From: a virus
Lineage: Duplodnaviria > Caudoviricetes
IMG/VR virus record: IMGVR_UViG_3300031965_000025
Coordinates: 1 to 63,149 of that record
DNA length: 63,149 nucleotides
Direction: 5' to 3' (one strand)
How positions within the stretch are numbered: position 1 is the stretch's first letter; each line of letters opens with the position of its first letter. This document shows, in pieces, positions 1-8,532 of this stretch. The notes beneath the pieces were generated by a model. The model worked only from the letters and a program-made list of their open reading frames with translations. It was not told where the DNA came from and searched no databases. The position numbers and the translations under genes are program-made.

Positions 1-127
1 GAGGAGGGGCTCTTCGTCGGCGAAGCGTCGCTGCTCATCGTCAAGTCACGAGGCCGCGTGTACGTGTCGATCGTGACGGGCTCGGGTGTGTCGACCGAGG
101 CGAGGGCAATAGAAGCTCACGAGACCT
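1..127. repeat. Terminal direct repeat (copy 1); circular-assembly overlap
   Basis: 1-127 is identical to 63023-63149, and a reading frame (ATG 63002) runs through the junction. Confidence 0.97.
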
Positions 128-276
128 GGAGCCCGTTCGACGTCGAACGTCTGATCGCTGAGCAACTGCTAGGCGACGCCACGGCGAGGGCCGACCGGCG
201 CCAGCCGGTCTTTCATGCGGCGGCCAGCGGAAAGGGCGTGATCGATCTGCGTGGGCTCCGGGTGCCGAGGCGATGA
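1..276 (+). CDS. Hypothetical protein spanning the circle junction (starts at ATG 63002)
   Basis: MIVIAAIEEGLFVGEASLLIVKSRGRVYVSIV... is continuous across the overlap, with a GGAG SD upstream. Confidence 0.65.
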   Translation, partial: EEGLFVGEASLLIVKSRGRVYVSIVTGSGVSTEARAIEAHETWSPFDVERLIAEQLLGDATARADRRQPVFHAAASGKGVIDLRGLRVPRR

Positions 277-431
277 TGGGTAAGCGACGCTGCCGCAACA
301 CCGTCGACATCGAGAGCGGGCGGACTGATGCCGAGTGGCCGAAGATGACGACGGCGCAGCGGCTGCAAGGAGCCATGCCCCGCGCTTGGTGATCTGTGTT
401 GGCCTGAGTGCCCGCGGCGGCGGTTGTGCTC

Positions 432-641
432 TCAGTCGCCGAACAGGTCAGTCAGTTGAACGCCGAGGCCCTCGGCCGTGGCCTCTAGCACGTCGAGGGT
501 GCAGTTCTTGGCCGCTTCGATGTTCTGCACCGTGTGACGATCGAGCCCGCTGGCCTCGGCAAGCTGCGCTTGCGTGAGGCGTTGATCGCGGCGCAGCTCG
601 CGCACGCGGGTCGCTACCTGGAAACGGGCGGGCTTCGTCAT
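432..641 (-). CDS. XRE/Cro-CI family HTH repressor, probably leaderless
   Basis: RVRELRRDQRLTQAQLAEASGLDRHTVQNIE; TTGCGT-N18-TATTAT ends 7 nt before the ATG. Confidence 0.88.
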   Translation of the reverse strand: MTKPARFQVATRVRELRRDQRLTQAQLAEASGLDRHTVQNIEAAKNCTLDVLEATAEGLGVQLTDLFGD

Positions 642-657
642 GCCGACGATAATAGGC
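642..657. promoter_or_regulatory. Operator class B variant (GCCGA-N6-TAGGC) over the -10 of the XRE gene
   Basis: One mismatch to the GCCTA-N6-TAGGC palindrome found 7 times elsewhere. Confidence 0.7.
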
Positions 658-874
658 ATGGGCAAAACCACGACGCAACCGCGATGGTTGACGCGGGGGC
701 CGTTGCCTACGATGCTGGGCTTTGCCTGGAGAGGTACGCAAGAAGCTTCAAGGCCCCGAATAGAGCGCGGAGAACAAGATACGCACTCTATCGGGGCCAT
801 TGAAGGGGCGCCGAAGCGCATGACTATGACCAGTCGAGGCTCACAGTGTAGAGTCCGCCCTCCGCGAGCGCAAG

Positions 875-1147
875 ATGCGCCTGATCACAAGCCTGCGTCA
901 GCTCCCCTTCGCGCGAGCCTACGTCACCTATACCGACGTGTTGCTCAGCCGGCTCGAGCCAACCCGCGTCATCATGCCAGCCAAGAACGCGCTCGAGGCA
1001 ACGCAGCTCGCTACGCGCGCCCGAAGCCGCGCCGATTGCTCCAACGTCTACATCAACCCGGCAAAGCCAAAGCTGCGCCCTGGCACCCGCTACATCATGC
1101 GTGCTCGATCCACCGACCCCGACTGGTACGTGTTCCCGGCTTGTTGA
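875..1147 (+). CDS. Hypothetical protein
   Basis: 90-aa ORF whose stop lies inside the TTGACA of the next cassette. Confidence 0.5.
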   Translation: MRLITSLRQLPFARAYVTYTDVLLSRLEPTRVIMPAKNALEATQLATRARSRADCSNVYINPAKPKLRPGTRYIMRARSTDPDWYVFPAC

Positions 1148-1217
1148 CAACCACAATTGAGAGTGTTACCTTCTGAGCGTGAGGCCCGATGACCGGGCCC
1201 GAAAGGAGAACACGATG
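1141..1217 (+). promoter_or_regulatory. Promoter-operator-hairpin-SD cassette E1
   Basis: TTGACA-N17-TACCTT, GGCCCG-ATGAC-CGGGCC hairpin, AGGAGA, ATG; ~70 bp identical to E7. Confidence 0.9.
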
Positions 1218-1661
1218 AACGCCGAAGCCAAAGCCGGTACCCTGGCCGTCACCCGAGAAGGAGGCCGCGTGAGCTTCTACGTAAATCACCGAGTCTGGCC
1301 GATGTATGGGCCATTCGACACGTACGAATCTGCACGAGACTTCGTTGTCCGCGCCGAGTTCGAGGGCGCGCAAATCTTGTGCGAAGCCGAGGAGCCCGCG
1401 CCGGCTGACGTCGGGCCCATGAAGTCGTATCGCGAAATGTACGAGGCGCTCTGCGCCGAGGTTCACGAGGTGCACCGCCTGCTCAACGACCGCGAGGAGC
1501 TGCCATTCGGGGCGCCCCTGGTCGAGCGCGTGAGGGCGCTTGTCGGGCAGCACGAGCACCGCTCGGAGGTCGACGATAGGGGCGTTCAGCTCTGCCGGTG
1601 CGGTGCCAAGCGCGTGACGCTCGACGGCGGTGAGACCTACGGCGAGTGGGTGGCGCCATGA
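1215..1661 (+). CDS. Hypothetical protein
   Basis: ATG directly after the cassette SD. Confidence 0.75.
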   Translation: MNAEAKAGTLAVTREGGRVSFYVNHRVWPMYGPFDTYESARDFVVRAEFEGAQILCEAEEPAPADVGPMKSYREMYEALCAEVHEVHRLLNDREELPFGAPLVERVRALVGQHEHRSEVDDRGVQLCRCGAKRVTLDGGETYGEWVAP

Positions 1662-1942
1662 CCGGCCGCGACAAACGAACAGCTTCACTGAACATGAGCC
1701 AGCGCGAGCGACTTCGGCAATCGACCGAGCGCATCGACGCGCTCGACGACCCGGCCTTCGAAACCCTGTCGCAACTCGTCGAGTGGATCGCGCTGAATGA
1801 CGAGCCGACGCTACGAAGCCGAGGCGAGATCGCCGAACAAGTCACGGTGCAGCTCGTGTGCGACGTGTTCAACCTCGACCCCCAACACGTTGCAGCGATC
1901 ATCGTCGATCGGCGAACGAACCCTGACGCGTGGGGGCTGTGA
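1658..1942 (+). CDS. Hypothetical protein
   Basis: ATGA coupling with the upstream gene. Confidence 0.65.
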   Translation: MTGRDKRTASLNMSQRERLRQSTERIDALDDPAFETLSQLVEWIALNDEPTLRSRGEIAEQVTVQLVCDVFNLDPQHVAAIIVDRRTNPDAWGL

Positions 1943-2349
1943 TGGCAGCCGAAGACTACCTGCCTTCGCTCGACCCGTACGACGAGCCCGATTGGCCCGA
2001 AGACGACGGCGACCCCGGACCTGAGCACGACCCTGGCCCGTGGTTCGATCTGCGGCACGACAACGGCGACGTAACGATCGTGAACCCGAAGACGGGAGGG
2101 CGCAAAGCGTTCAGGGTGCATACGCAACTGTTCGGCGACGAGCCCAAGCGCGTGTTGGCGCTTCTTCGCCATGGCTACGATCGAGAAGAGCGCCGGGCGT
2201 GGGAGGGCTTCGCGTTCGTCAGCACGCGCGGCGTGCACCTGTGGCTCAAGCACCTTGACACCCCGTTCGAGAAGTACGCGAAGCTCCTCGAACACCACGA
2301 GGCGGGCGAAGCGAGCGGGCTCGTTTACTACTGGCGCAAGGACCGCTGA
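1942..2349 (+). CDS. Hypothetical protein
   Basis: TGATG coupling at both ends. Confidence 0.7.
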   Translation: MAAEDYLPSLDPYDEPDWPEDDGDPGPEHDPGPWFDLRHDNGDVTIVNPKTGGRKAFRVHTQLFGDEPKRVLALLRHGYDREERRAWEGFAFVSTRGVHLWLKHLDTPFEKYAKLLEHHEAGEASGLVYYWRKDR

Positions 2350-2735
2350 TGGGCGAGCGCATGGCGAAGCACCTGCGGTGCCCACCCGGCTGGGAGCGCA
2401 CCTCGCACGCGTGGTTCCAACACCGCTTCAGATCGCCTGACGGCCTCCTCGTCATCACGACACAGGACACGGAGCCCGACACCGGGCGGTCGTGGCTACA
2501 CGTCTCGTTCAGCCGTTCCGACCGCATGCCCACCTACGATGATTTGCAGCTCGTGCGGGAGCACTTCATCGGCACCGACCGCCTGTGCCTTCAGGTGTTC
2601 CCGCGCGAAGAGCACTACGTGAACCTTCACCCTCACTGCCTGCACCTGTGGTGCCCGGAGTTCGAGCTTCTGCCCGACCGAATCGTCGAGTGGATGGCGG
2701 CTGGGGTGGGCCCAACCCAGAGGCAACGAACATGA
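2349..2735 (+). CDS. Conserved phage protein (DUF7694-like)
   Basis: WLHVSFSR.DRMPT...YVNLHPHCLHLW motif. Confidence 0.7.
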   Translation: MGERMAKHLRCPPGWERTSHAWFQHRFRSPDGLLVITTQDTEPDTGRSWLHVSFSRSDRMPTYDDLQLVREHFIGTDRLCLQVFPREEHYVNLHPHCLHLWCPEFELLPDRIVEWMAAGVGPTQRQRT

Positions 2736-3154
2736 GCGACACAATCGACTACTCGCACGACATCACAGACCACGTGCTGCCCTCTGATTCCCTCAATGAA
2801 CGTATCGAGGTCTTCGCCGACGCGCGCGACCCCATGGCTGGCAACGCAAGCCATCGGTACGAGCTGCGCGTGAACGCCCCTGGCAAAGACGCATCAATCA
2901 TTTCGGGCCTGCTCCAGTTCCAGCACGGGCCACGAGACGAGCGGGGGAGCTTGCCGGGCGTCACCAACGAAGCTGTCATTGCTGTTGTGATCGACCGGCT
3001 TCGAGGCTTTCAATCGGGCCCCTACGCCTGCCGGGAAAATGCCCTGGCCATCACGAAGCTCGAGGAGGCCATGCACTGGCTTCAGCGTCGCTCGATCGAG
3101 CGCATGAAACAGGGCGTTCTCGGCAAGAACGAGACGCACGAGGAGCCGCGTTGA
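2732..3154 (+). CDS. Acb2/Tad1-hairpin-like protein (candidate signalling-nucleotide sponge)
   Basis: FQHGP...GVTNEAVIAVVIDRL..FQSGPYACRENALAITKLEEAMHWL. Confidence 0.6.
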   Translation: MSDTIDYSHDITDHVLPSDSLNERIEVFADARDPMAGNASHRYELRVNAPGKDASIISGLLQFQHGPRDERGSLPGVTNEAVIAVVIDRLRGFQSGPYACRENALAITKLEEAMHWLQRRSIERMKQGVLGKNETHEEPR

Positions 3155-3549
3155 TGGCGACCAGAAGACGACTCCCAGATTACGGCTGCTCGTTCGTCGT
3201 CGTGGAGGGCGATTGGGTGAAGTCGTGCCATGGCTCGCGGAGCTACGCTCGTGAACAAGCCGACAAGATCGCCGCTGCTCGCGGGCTCGCGGGCAACTTC
3301 CTGATCGAAGTCTACGAGACGAACGGAAAGGCTGAGGTGGGCCAACAGGTCAAGATCGAATGGCGCCGCGACTACGCCATCTGTCACCTTGGGGAGTGCT
3401 GTGTCGCCTGCGCGTACCTGCTCGACAACTGCAAGTGCGCTGACGAGGTGCCCGCGCGCGGATCGTGGCGCCACTGCCCTGCGTGCGGCCATGACGAGCC
3501 AGATGGGTCTTGCCTTGCGTGCTCGCCACCGCACAAGGATCCGAGCTGA
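3154..3549 (+). CDS. Cys-rich hypothetical protein
   Basis: TGATG coupling; several CxxC motifs. Confidence 0.6.
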   Translation: MATRRRLPDYGCSFVVVEGDWVKSCHGSRSYAREQADKIAAARGLAGNFLIEVYETNGKAEVGQQVKIEWRRDYAICHLGECCVACAYLLDNCKCADEVPARGSWRHCPACGHDEPDGSCLACSPPHKDPS

Positions 3550-3767
3550 TGGCTTCGTGGGGCGAGGTATGGGAGGCGACCTTCGGCCGCGACTGGCGCG
3601 AAGACGTGCAGAGCGTTCCGACGCCGAAGGTCTGGCGGGCAACTGCCGAGGACAAAGCAAGGTGGGCTGAAGCCTGTACAGGCATCGCGGCGAGCTGGTG
3701 CCCGATCTGCGGCGACTGTTGCTGTGACAGGGAAAAGGGGTTGAACGACCCAGCCTGCCCGCTGCAT
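3549..3767 (+). pseudogene. Cys-rich gene with its 3' end lost at a rearrangement junction
   Basis: WCPICGDCCC...LNDPACPLH runs straight into an inverted DUF1643 fragment. Confidence 0.5.
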
Positions 3768-4152
3768 CACCCATGCGACAATGGGGCCGTCAGACCACGC
3801 ACGTGTAAGCTCGTATCGGTGCATCGACTTCTCAAGGCGCTGGGGTTTTGGCGCCCTCGTCATCTTGAATCTCTACGCGTGGCGAGCAACCAACCCGCGC
3901 GAACTGATCACGGCCGGGGTCTGCGTGTTCCGACGTATGTGGTCATCGTTGAAGGCCCCAACGGGGTCCGCCGATCGCGTCGTCTGTGCCTGGGGCGTTC
4001 ATGCAAAGCCGGAGAGGGTGCGTGATGTTGCGGGCATGCTTGCCGAACCTGTGTGCCTTGGGTTGACGAAGGGGGGATCGCCGCGCCACCCGCTGTACGT
4101 TCGCGCCGACACGGAGCCACGCCCTTACAGCTCGACGCGCGGCGACGAATGA
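3765..4152 (+). pseudogene. DUF1643 family gene scrambled by two internal inversions and deletions
   Basis: + strand gives RCIDFSRRWGFG..NLYAWRATNP..VVCAWG..CLGLTKGGSPRHPLYV; - strand gives RYELTRAWSDGPIVAWVM (3765-3818) and DPVGAFNDDHI (3915-3969). Confidence 0.8.
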
Positions 4153-4409
4153 GCCAGCTCGACCTCTTCGACCTGCCGGTGGTCTGGGTTGTCACGTACT
4201 ACGACCGCCCGAAAGAGCGCATTCGTACGCGAACAACCGATTGGGGTGAGGTCTACGCCGCGCTTCGACTTCGGCTGAATAAGCCTGCATGGTGGCCAGC
4301 TCAGCGCATGGACCCCGTCTTTGGGTTCAGGCAGGAATCAGCGTGTAACGATGGTGAGCACAAGGTCGACGACGAAGGCCCCGACGCCGCCGACCAGAAA
4401 CCCCACTGA
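4149..4409 (+). CDS. Hypothetical protein
   Basis: ATGA coupling; MSQLDLFDLP start. Confidence 0.5.
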   Translation: MSQLDLFDLPVVWVVTYYDRPKERIRTRTTDWGEVYAALRLRLNKPAWWPAQRMDPVFGFRQESACNDGEHKVDDEGPDAADQKPH

Positions 4410-4823
4410 CACTTCCATCGGCAGCCCTGCCACGAGCGACGCTGCCGCGACTGACGTGGCTCCAGTCGCCACCGTCCGCAACCCGACGCTCAGCCACAAG
4501 GGCACCTGCCAACTAACCTCTCCGTCCGCGGCCTCGGCCTGGCAGTCTTCGAGGCGCGCGTAACACCGCTGCAGGCCGGCCTCCGATTCGAGGGCCGCCG
4601 CTCGATAGCCAGGCACGAGCCCGGCCTCCGTCAGCGCGTCGTTGCACACCACGTCAGCCGCGGCGTTGATGGCGTCTGCGGTCGCGTTGATGGCGTCGAG
4701 ATCGCCGGGTGGAACGCAGACGTTTGGCGCGTCGCAGTCTTGCGCGGTTGCACTGCCTGACGCACTCAGCGCCACACACAGCCACAGGAGCAAGCCGATG
4801 GCCATTGGGGTTCGTCTTTTCAT
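4338..4823 (-). CDS. Signal-peptide plus C-terminal TM protein, lysis module (spanin-like candidate)
   Basis: N-terminal hydrophobic signal, C-terminal TM helices, last gene of the late operon. Confidence 0.5.
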   Translation of the reverse strand: MKRRTPMAIGLLLWLCVALSASGSATAQDCDAPNVCVPPGDLDAINATADAINAAADVVCNDALTEAGLVPGYRAAALESEAGLQRCYARLEDCQAEAADGEVSWQVPLWLSVGLRTVATGATSVAAASLVAGLPMEVSVGFLVGGVGAFVVDLVLTIVTR

Positions 4824-4841
4824 TCGCGCGCCCTCCTGGGC

Positions 4842-5231
4842 CTACCTGTTGCGTCTGCGCTTTGCGAGGTCGGCGAGGTTGTCGACCACCTTGGGCTCGA
4901 CGTCGTGTTTCTCGGCTGCCTCGGCAACGTGCTTGTGATGTTCCACAAGCGCTTTGTCGTCGAGGCGCGGACCTTCCTCGCTCATCTTTGGCAGTGGCAC
5001 TGCGTCAGGGCGCCGAAGCGGCTCGGGCGGCGTGTCGTCGACGTCGCCGAGTCGCCTCGGCCTTCCAAGCATCACGCCGACCCACAGCATGAGAACAGCG
5101 CCAGCGCCCACCAAAACGCCCCAGAACCGCTTCGTGAGCTTCGAGCCATTCAAGGCCACGTCAAGCCCGACCATGAGCGCCAGGGCGCCCAGAAGACAGC
5201 CCACGATGATGGCTTCTGTGATGTCAGCCAT
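4842..5231 (-). CDS. Two-TM membrane protein, lysis module
   Basis: Two hydrophobic helices followed by a charged tail. Confidence 0.55.
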   Translation of the reverse strand: MADITEAIIVGCLLGALALMVGLDVALNGSKLTKRFWGVLVGAGAVLMLWVGVMLGRPRRLGDVDDTPPEPLRRPDAVPLPKMSEEGPRLDDKALVEHHKHVAEAAEKHDVEPKVVDNLADLAKRRRNR

Positions 5232-5700
5232 CGTCGGGCTCCGATGACGATTCCAAGACCTCCATCGCGTCACTGATCGGGCCCTGGATCGCCTCGCGCA
5301 GCGTGCGAACCTCTGCGGCGTGTCTGTCGCGTTCCGCCTCGGTCTGCTCGATCGCGCGCCGCAACATTACGTTTTGCTCGCGCAGGATGGTGTTTTGGGC
5401 GCGCAATTCGGCGTTCTCACTGACGAGGGCGTGCAGCTCGCCGCTGGTGACCTTGAGAGACTCTTCAAGCACCGTCACCCGAGCCGCCAGCGTCGTGATC
5501 ACACTGATCCGCTCGGAGTTGTCGGCACCAATCTGGGCCCTTTCCGTCATGCCTTCGTCGTTGATCTCGGCGACGTCGCGGTCGGCTCGCCCTTTCACGA
5601 GCGCTGCGATGGCGCCGCCGGTGAAAAGGCTTGCGATCGTCGCCGCGAGTAGCTGCCAGTACGTCGTGTCCACTACCCTGCTCCGCGCCTGCGCCGCCAT
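5224..5700 (-). CDS. Membrane-anchored coiled-coil protein
   Basis: One TM then heptad-rich LVSENAELRAQNTILREQNVMLR. Confidence 0.6.
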   Translation of the reverse strand: MAAQARSRVVDTTYWQLLAATIASLFTGGAIAALVKGRADRDVAEINDEGMTERAQIGADNSERISVITTLAARVTVLEESLKVTSGELHALVSENAELRAQNTILREQNVMLRRAIEQTEAERDRHAAEVRTLREAIQGPISDAMEVLESSSEPDDG

Positions 5701-5711
5701 TCTTCTGACCC

Positions 5712-6152
5712 TCAGTCGTTTCCGCCCGCCCGCCGATTCAGCCAGGCCCAGAACAAGCGCCAGCCCTTGCGGAGCAAATCGTGTGCGCCCTTGGCACCAA
5801 AGCCACCGACGACTCCTACCCCGAAAGAGACGATCGCGCTTGCGTCGATCTCGTCGCCGACGAACCTAACCCAGATCGGGCCAAGTTCGATGCTGAGCCC
5901 GGAAAGAGTCGCCGGGAACGCGCCGATCGAGAGCAAACCGCTCACGAGGATGGGCGCCCACGCAAGCGCGTGATGCTGCCGATGGGTGTAGGGCTTCTGC
6001 CACCGAAGCCGCCCCTTCACGCCCTCGGTGATACCCCAGACGGTCGCCGACCATCCGACTCCGACCGCGAGCAACACGAGCAGGTTGATTGCGTGCATGC
6101 CCCAGATCAGGGGCTCGTGCAGCGCGGACCAGATTTCGGCAAAGCTCGGCAT
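5712..6152 (-). CDS. Holin-like multi-TM protein
   Basis: About 3 TM segments, basic C-terminus. Confidence 0.5.
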   Translation of the reverse strand: MPSFAEIWSALHEPLIWGMHAINLLVLLAVGVGWSATVWGITEGVKGRLRWQKPYTHRQHHALAWAPILVSGLLSIGAFPATLSGLSIELGPIWVRFVGDEIDASAIVSFGVGVVGGFGAKGAHDLLRKGWRLFWAWLNRRAGGND

Positions 6153-6155
6153 GCC

Positions 6156-6473
6156 CTACTCAGCCATCAAGACGGTGACGCGAATCGTGCTCGCGGAGCC
6201 GAGGTGAACGAACCTTGGGAGGTTTGCCGACCCGAGCCTGAACGGGCCTTCAATTTGAGAGTTGCGCTCGCCAGAGCCGCCGTTCTTGGCGCCGACGATG
6301 GGGATCAGGGCTGTCTCCGTGGCGCTCCGCGTAAGCTCAACGTCGTCGTCGTCGGCGAGCGTAAAGATGTAATAAACCTCGACGTTCGGGTGGGTGCTCG
6401 CGGGAAGCACTATCGCCGTAGCGTCTACTGTGATCGTCTGAGGAGCCAGGGCGCCCGAAATTGCTTGAGTCAT
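6156..6473 (-). CDS. Small beta-rich virion-associated protein
   Basis: ORF in the late operon. Confidence 0.55.
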   Translation of the reverse strand: MTQAISGALAPQTITVDATAIVLPASTHPNVEVYYIFTLADDDDVELTRSATETALIPIVGAKNGGSGERNSQIEGPFRLGSANLPRFVHLGSASTIRVTVLMAE

Positions 6474-6545
6474 AGTGCTCTCGCGTCGTGGGGTTCCGTA
6501 CATTTGTTTTCCGGCGGATGCTGCGAGTAGCCGAGAGCATAGAGT

Positions 6546-8024
6546 CTATCGGTAGAGCGGTCCATATGACCCGAAAAGGTATCGGTGGTCGAGCTTTCGA
6601 GGCGACCCAGGGGGCGTTCCAGAATAGTCAGTCAAGGCCCCCGTAACTGTTGCTGTGCCGGAAGTTGTGCCCGAGATTTCTCCCGTGCCTGTTAGCAACC
6701 CCGTAACCGCTGTGGTGCCCGAAGCCGCGCCCGAGAGTTCGCCGGAAGAGAGGTCTGCTAGATCTCCGGTAACCGTTGCTGAGCCGACCGACGTACCTGC
6801 GATCTCGCCGGTTCCATTCAGGCTGCCCGACGCTGCCGACGAACCGGCGGCCGTCGCCTCGATGGCTCCCTCGCCAATCAACGAAGCTGACGCAGTGCTC
6901 GAGCCCGCAGAAGTTCCGGCGCTCTCGCCGGTTCCATTGAGCGAGGCGGCGACAGTCGAGGATCCGGGCGCCGTGCCGGAAATCTCGCCGGTGCCAGCCA
7001 GGGCACCGGTAACGGTGGCCGTGCCCGAGGACGCTCCAGACAGCTCGCCCACGCCCGCAATCGAGGCGGTGACCGTCGAACCTCCCGAGGCCGTGCCGGA
7101 GATCTCCCCAGCGGCGGGCGCATCTGTAAGGTCGCCGGTGACTGTTGAGCTGCCTGCGGACGCCGCGGACATCTCGCCATTTCCAGCCAGTGCGCCAGTG
7201 GCCGTTGCCGCCCCGGCAGAGGTTCCTGCGATCTCGCCTGTGCCGCTGAGTGCGCCTGCGACTGTCGCTGCGGCGGGAGCCGTGCCGGAGATCTCGCCCG
7301 TGCCTGTTGCCGTCGCGGTTGCCGTCGCGGAGCCTGACGATGCGCCAGAAATCTCCCCGGAACCCGTCAGTGCCCCTGTGACGGTGGAGGTCGTCCCGAT
7401 CGATGTTCCCGCGAGTGAGCCATCTCCCGCCAGCGATGCCGTGGCGGTCGCAGCGCCGATCGACGTTCCCGTGAGAGCGCCAGCGCCAGCCAGCGCACCG
7501 GTAACGGTGGCCGTGCCCGAGGTGGTCCCGGTGATCTCGCTGGCGGCGGCCGAAACCTCGGCGGCCCACTCGATCGCGTCGACGTTGACGGTGTTTCGAG
7601 CTGCGGGACCGCCGCCGGTCTTGGTGCCGATCATCTTGATCTCGACCGCGCTACCGTCCGCTGTCGCAAGTTCGTTCGCGTTCCACGCGAACGTCAGGAG
7701 CGTTCCACCGTCGAGAACGTTCGTGTCACTGCCCGCACGCACGAGGGCCCCGCCCTCCCACAGCTCGATTCGCGCCACCGGCGTACCCGATTGGCCCTCG
7801 TCCCACTGGCGAACGAACGCGCGCAGCGTTTGTAGTCCTGCGCCTACCGTTGGGTTCCCAGAAGGCGTGCCGAAGGAGCAGTGTAGCTCGATGCTCGTGT
7901 TGTTGTCGTCGGCAGACACAAGCGCGGTGTCTGGCGAGTCGGGCGACTCGTCGATCCAACCCACCTGGCCGCTGCACCCGACGACGTCGAGGATCGCATC
8001 AGGCGGGATGTTTTCCGCCGACAT
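6546..8024 (-). CDS. Gly/Ser/Thr/Ala-rich repeat protein (fibre/decoration)
   Basis: About 15 degenerate ~20-aa repeats of the form GEISGTSxGxATVTGALxGT. Confidence 0.8.
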   Translation of the reverse strand: MSAENIPPDAILDVVGCSGQVGWIDESPDSPDTALVSADDNNTSIELHCSFGTPSGNPTVGAGLQTLRAFVRQWDEGQSGTPVARIELWEGGALVRAGSDTNVLDGGTLLTFAWNANELATADGSAVEIKMIGTKTGGGPAARNTVNVDAIEWAAEVSAAASEITGTTSGTATVTGALAGAGALTGTSIGAATATASLAGDGSLAGTSIGTTSTVTGALTGSGEISGASSGSATATATATGTGEISGTAPAAATVAGALSGTGEIAGTSAGAATATGALAGNGEMSAASAGSSTVTGDLTDAPAAGEISGTASGGSTVTASIAGVGELSGASSGTATVTGALAGTGEISGTAPGSSTVAASLNGTGESAGTSAGSSTASASLIGEGAIEATAAGSSAASGSLNGTGEIAGTSVGSATVTGDLADLSSGELSGAASGTTAVTGLLTGTGEISGTTSGTATVTGALTDYSGTPPGSPRKLDHRYLFGSYGPLYR

Positions 8025-8464
8025 TAGTCCTCAGTGATCTGAAGGAGCCCGGTATCGAAGTTCGGCGTAATGTTGAGCGACACTGCGAGGGGGTCGTCCA
8101 ACGCCCCGGAGTAGACGACATAGCCGGGGCCCGTCTCGTCGGTCCCGACCGAGAAGTGCGTGAGGGTATCTGACCCTCCCGTCGCGGTGGGAAACGTAAC
8201 TGGCGCCGCGTTGGAGCCGACGCCGTTTGCCACGTCCCATCCGCCTGCCGAGCGCGCCACGGAGACTCGACCGTAGCTGGTGTATGTCGCTTCGGTCGTG
8301 TTCTGGGAGCCGCCCTCGCCGGGATCTGCGGTGTGCAGACCGAGCCAGAGAACGCCGGCCGCGGCTGACGGCTGAAGTCCTCCAGCGTCGCCGATTCCAG
8401 CAAGCGCGACGTTCTGAAGGATGAGCTTCAGGATGTCTGTTTCGAAAGCGTTACCTTTGCTCAT
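8024..8464 (-). CDS. Conserved phage tail-fibre-associated structural protein
   Basis: LGLHTADPGEGG...YTSYGRVSV...SNAAPVTFPTATG motif; GAGG SD. Confidence 0.75.
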   Translation of the reverse strand: MSKGNAFETDILKLILQNVALAGIGDAGGLQPSAAAGVLWLGLHTADPGEGGSQNTTEATYTSYGRVSVARSAGGWDVANGVGSNAAPVTFPTATGGSDTLTHFSVGTDETGPGYVVYSGALDDPLAVSLNITPNFDTGLLQITED

Positions 8465-8532
8465 GGTGTATCCCTCTGGTTAGACCCAAACCGTAGCGCC
8501 CCCGCAATCGAGCGTCTAGCCCGGATCGCACC

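Noticed and set aside
1-127. Terminal repeat as a biological DTR
   Set aside because: It is exactly 127 bp, a typical assembler k-mer overlap, and falls mid-gene; it shows circularity only.
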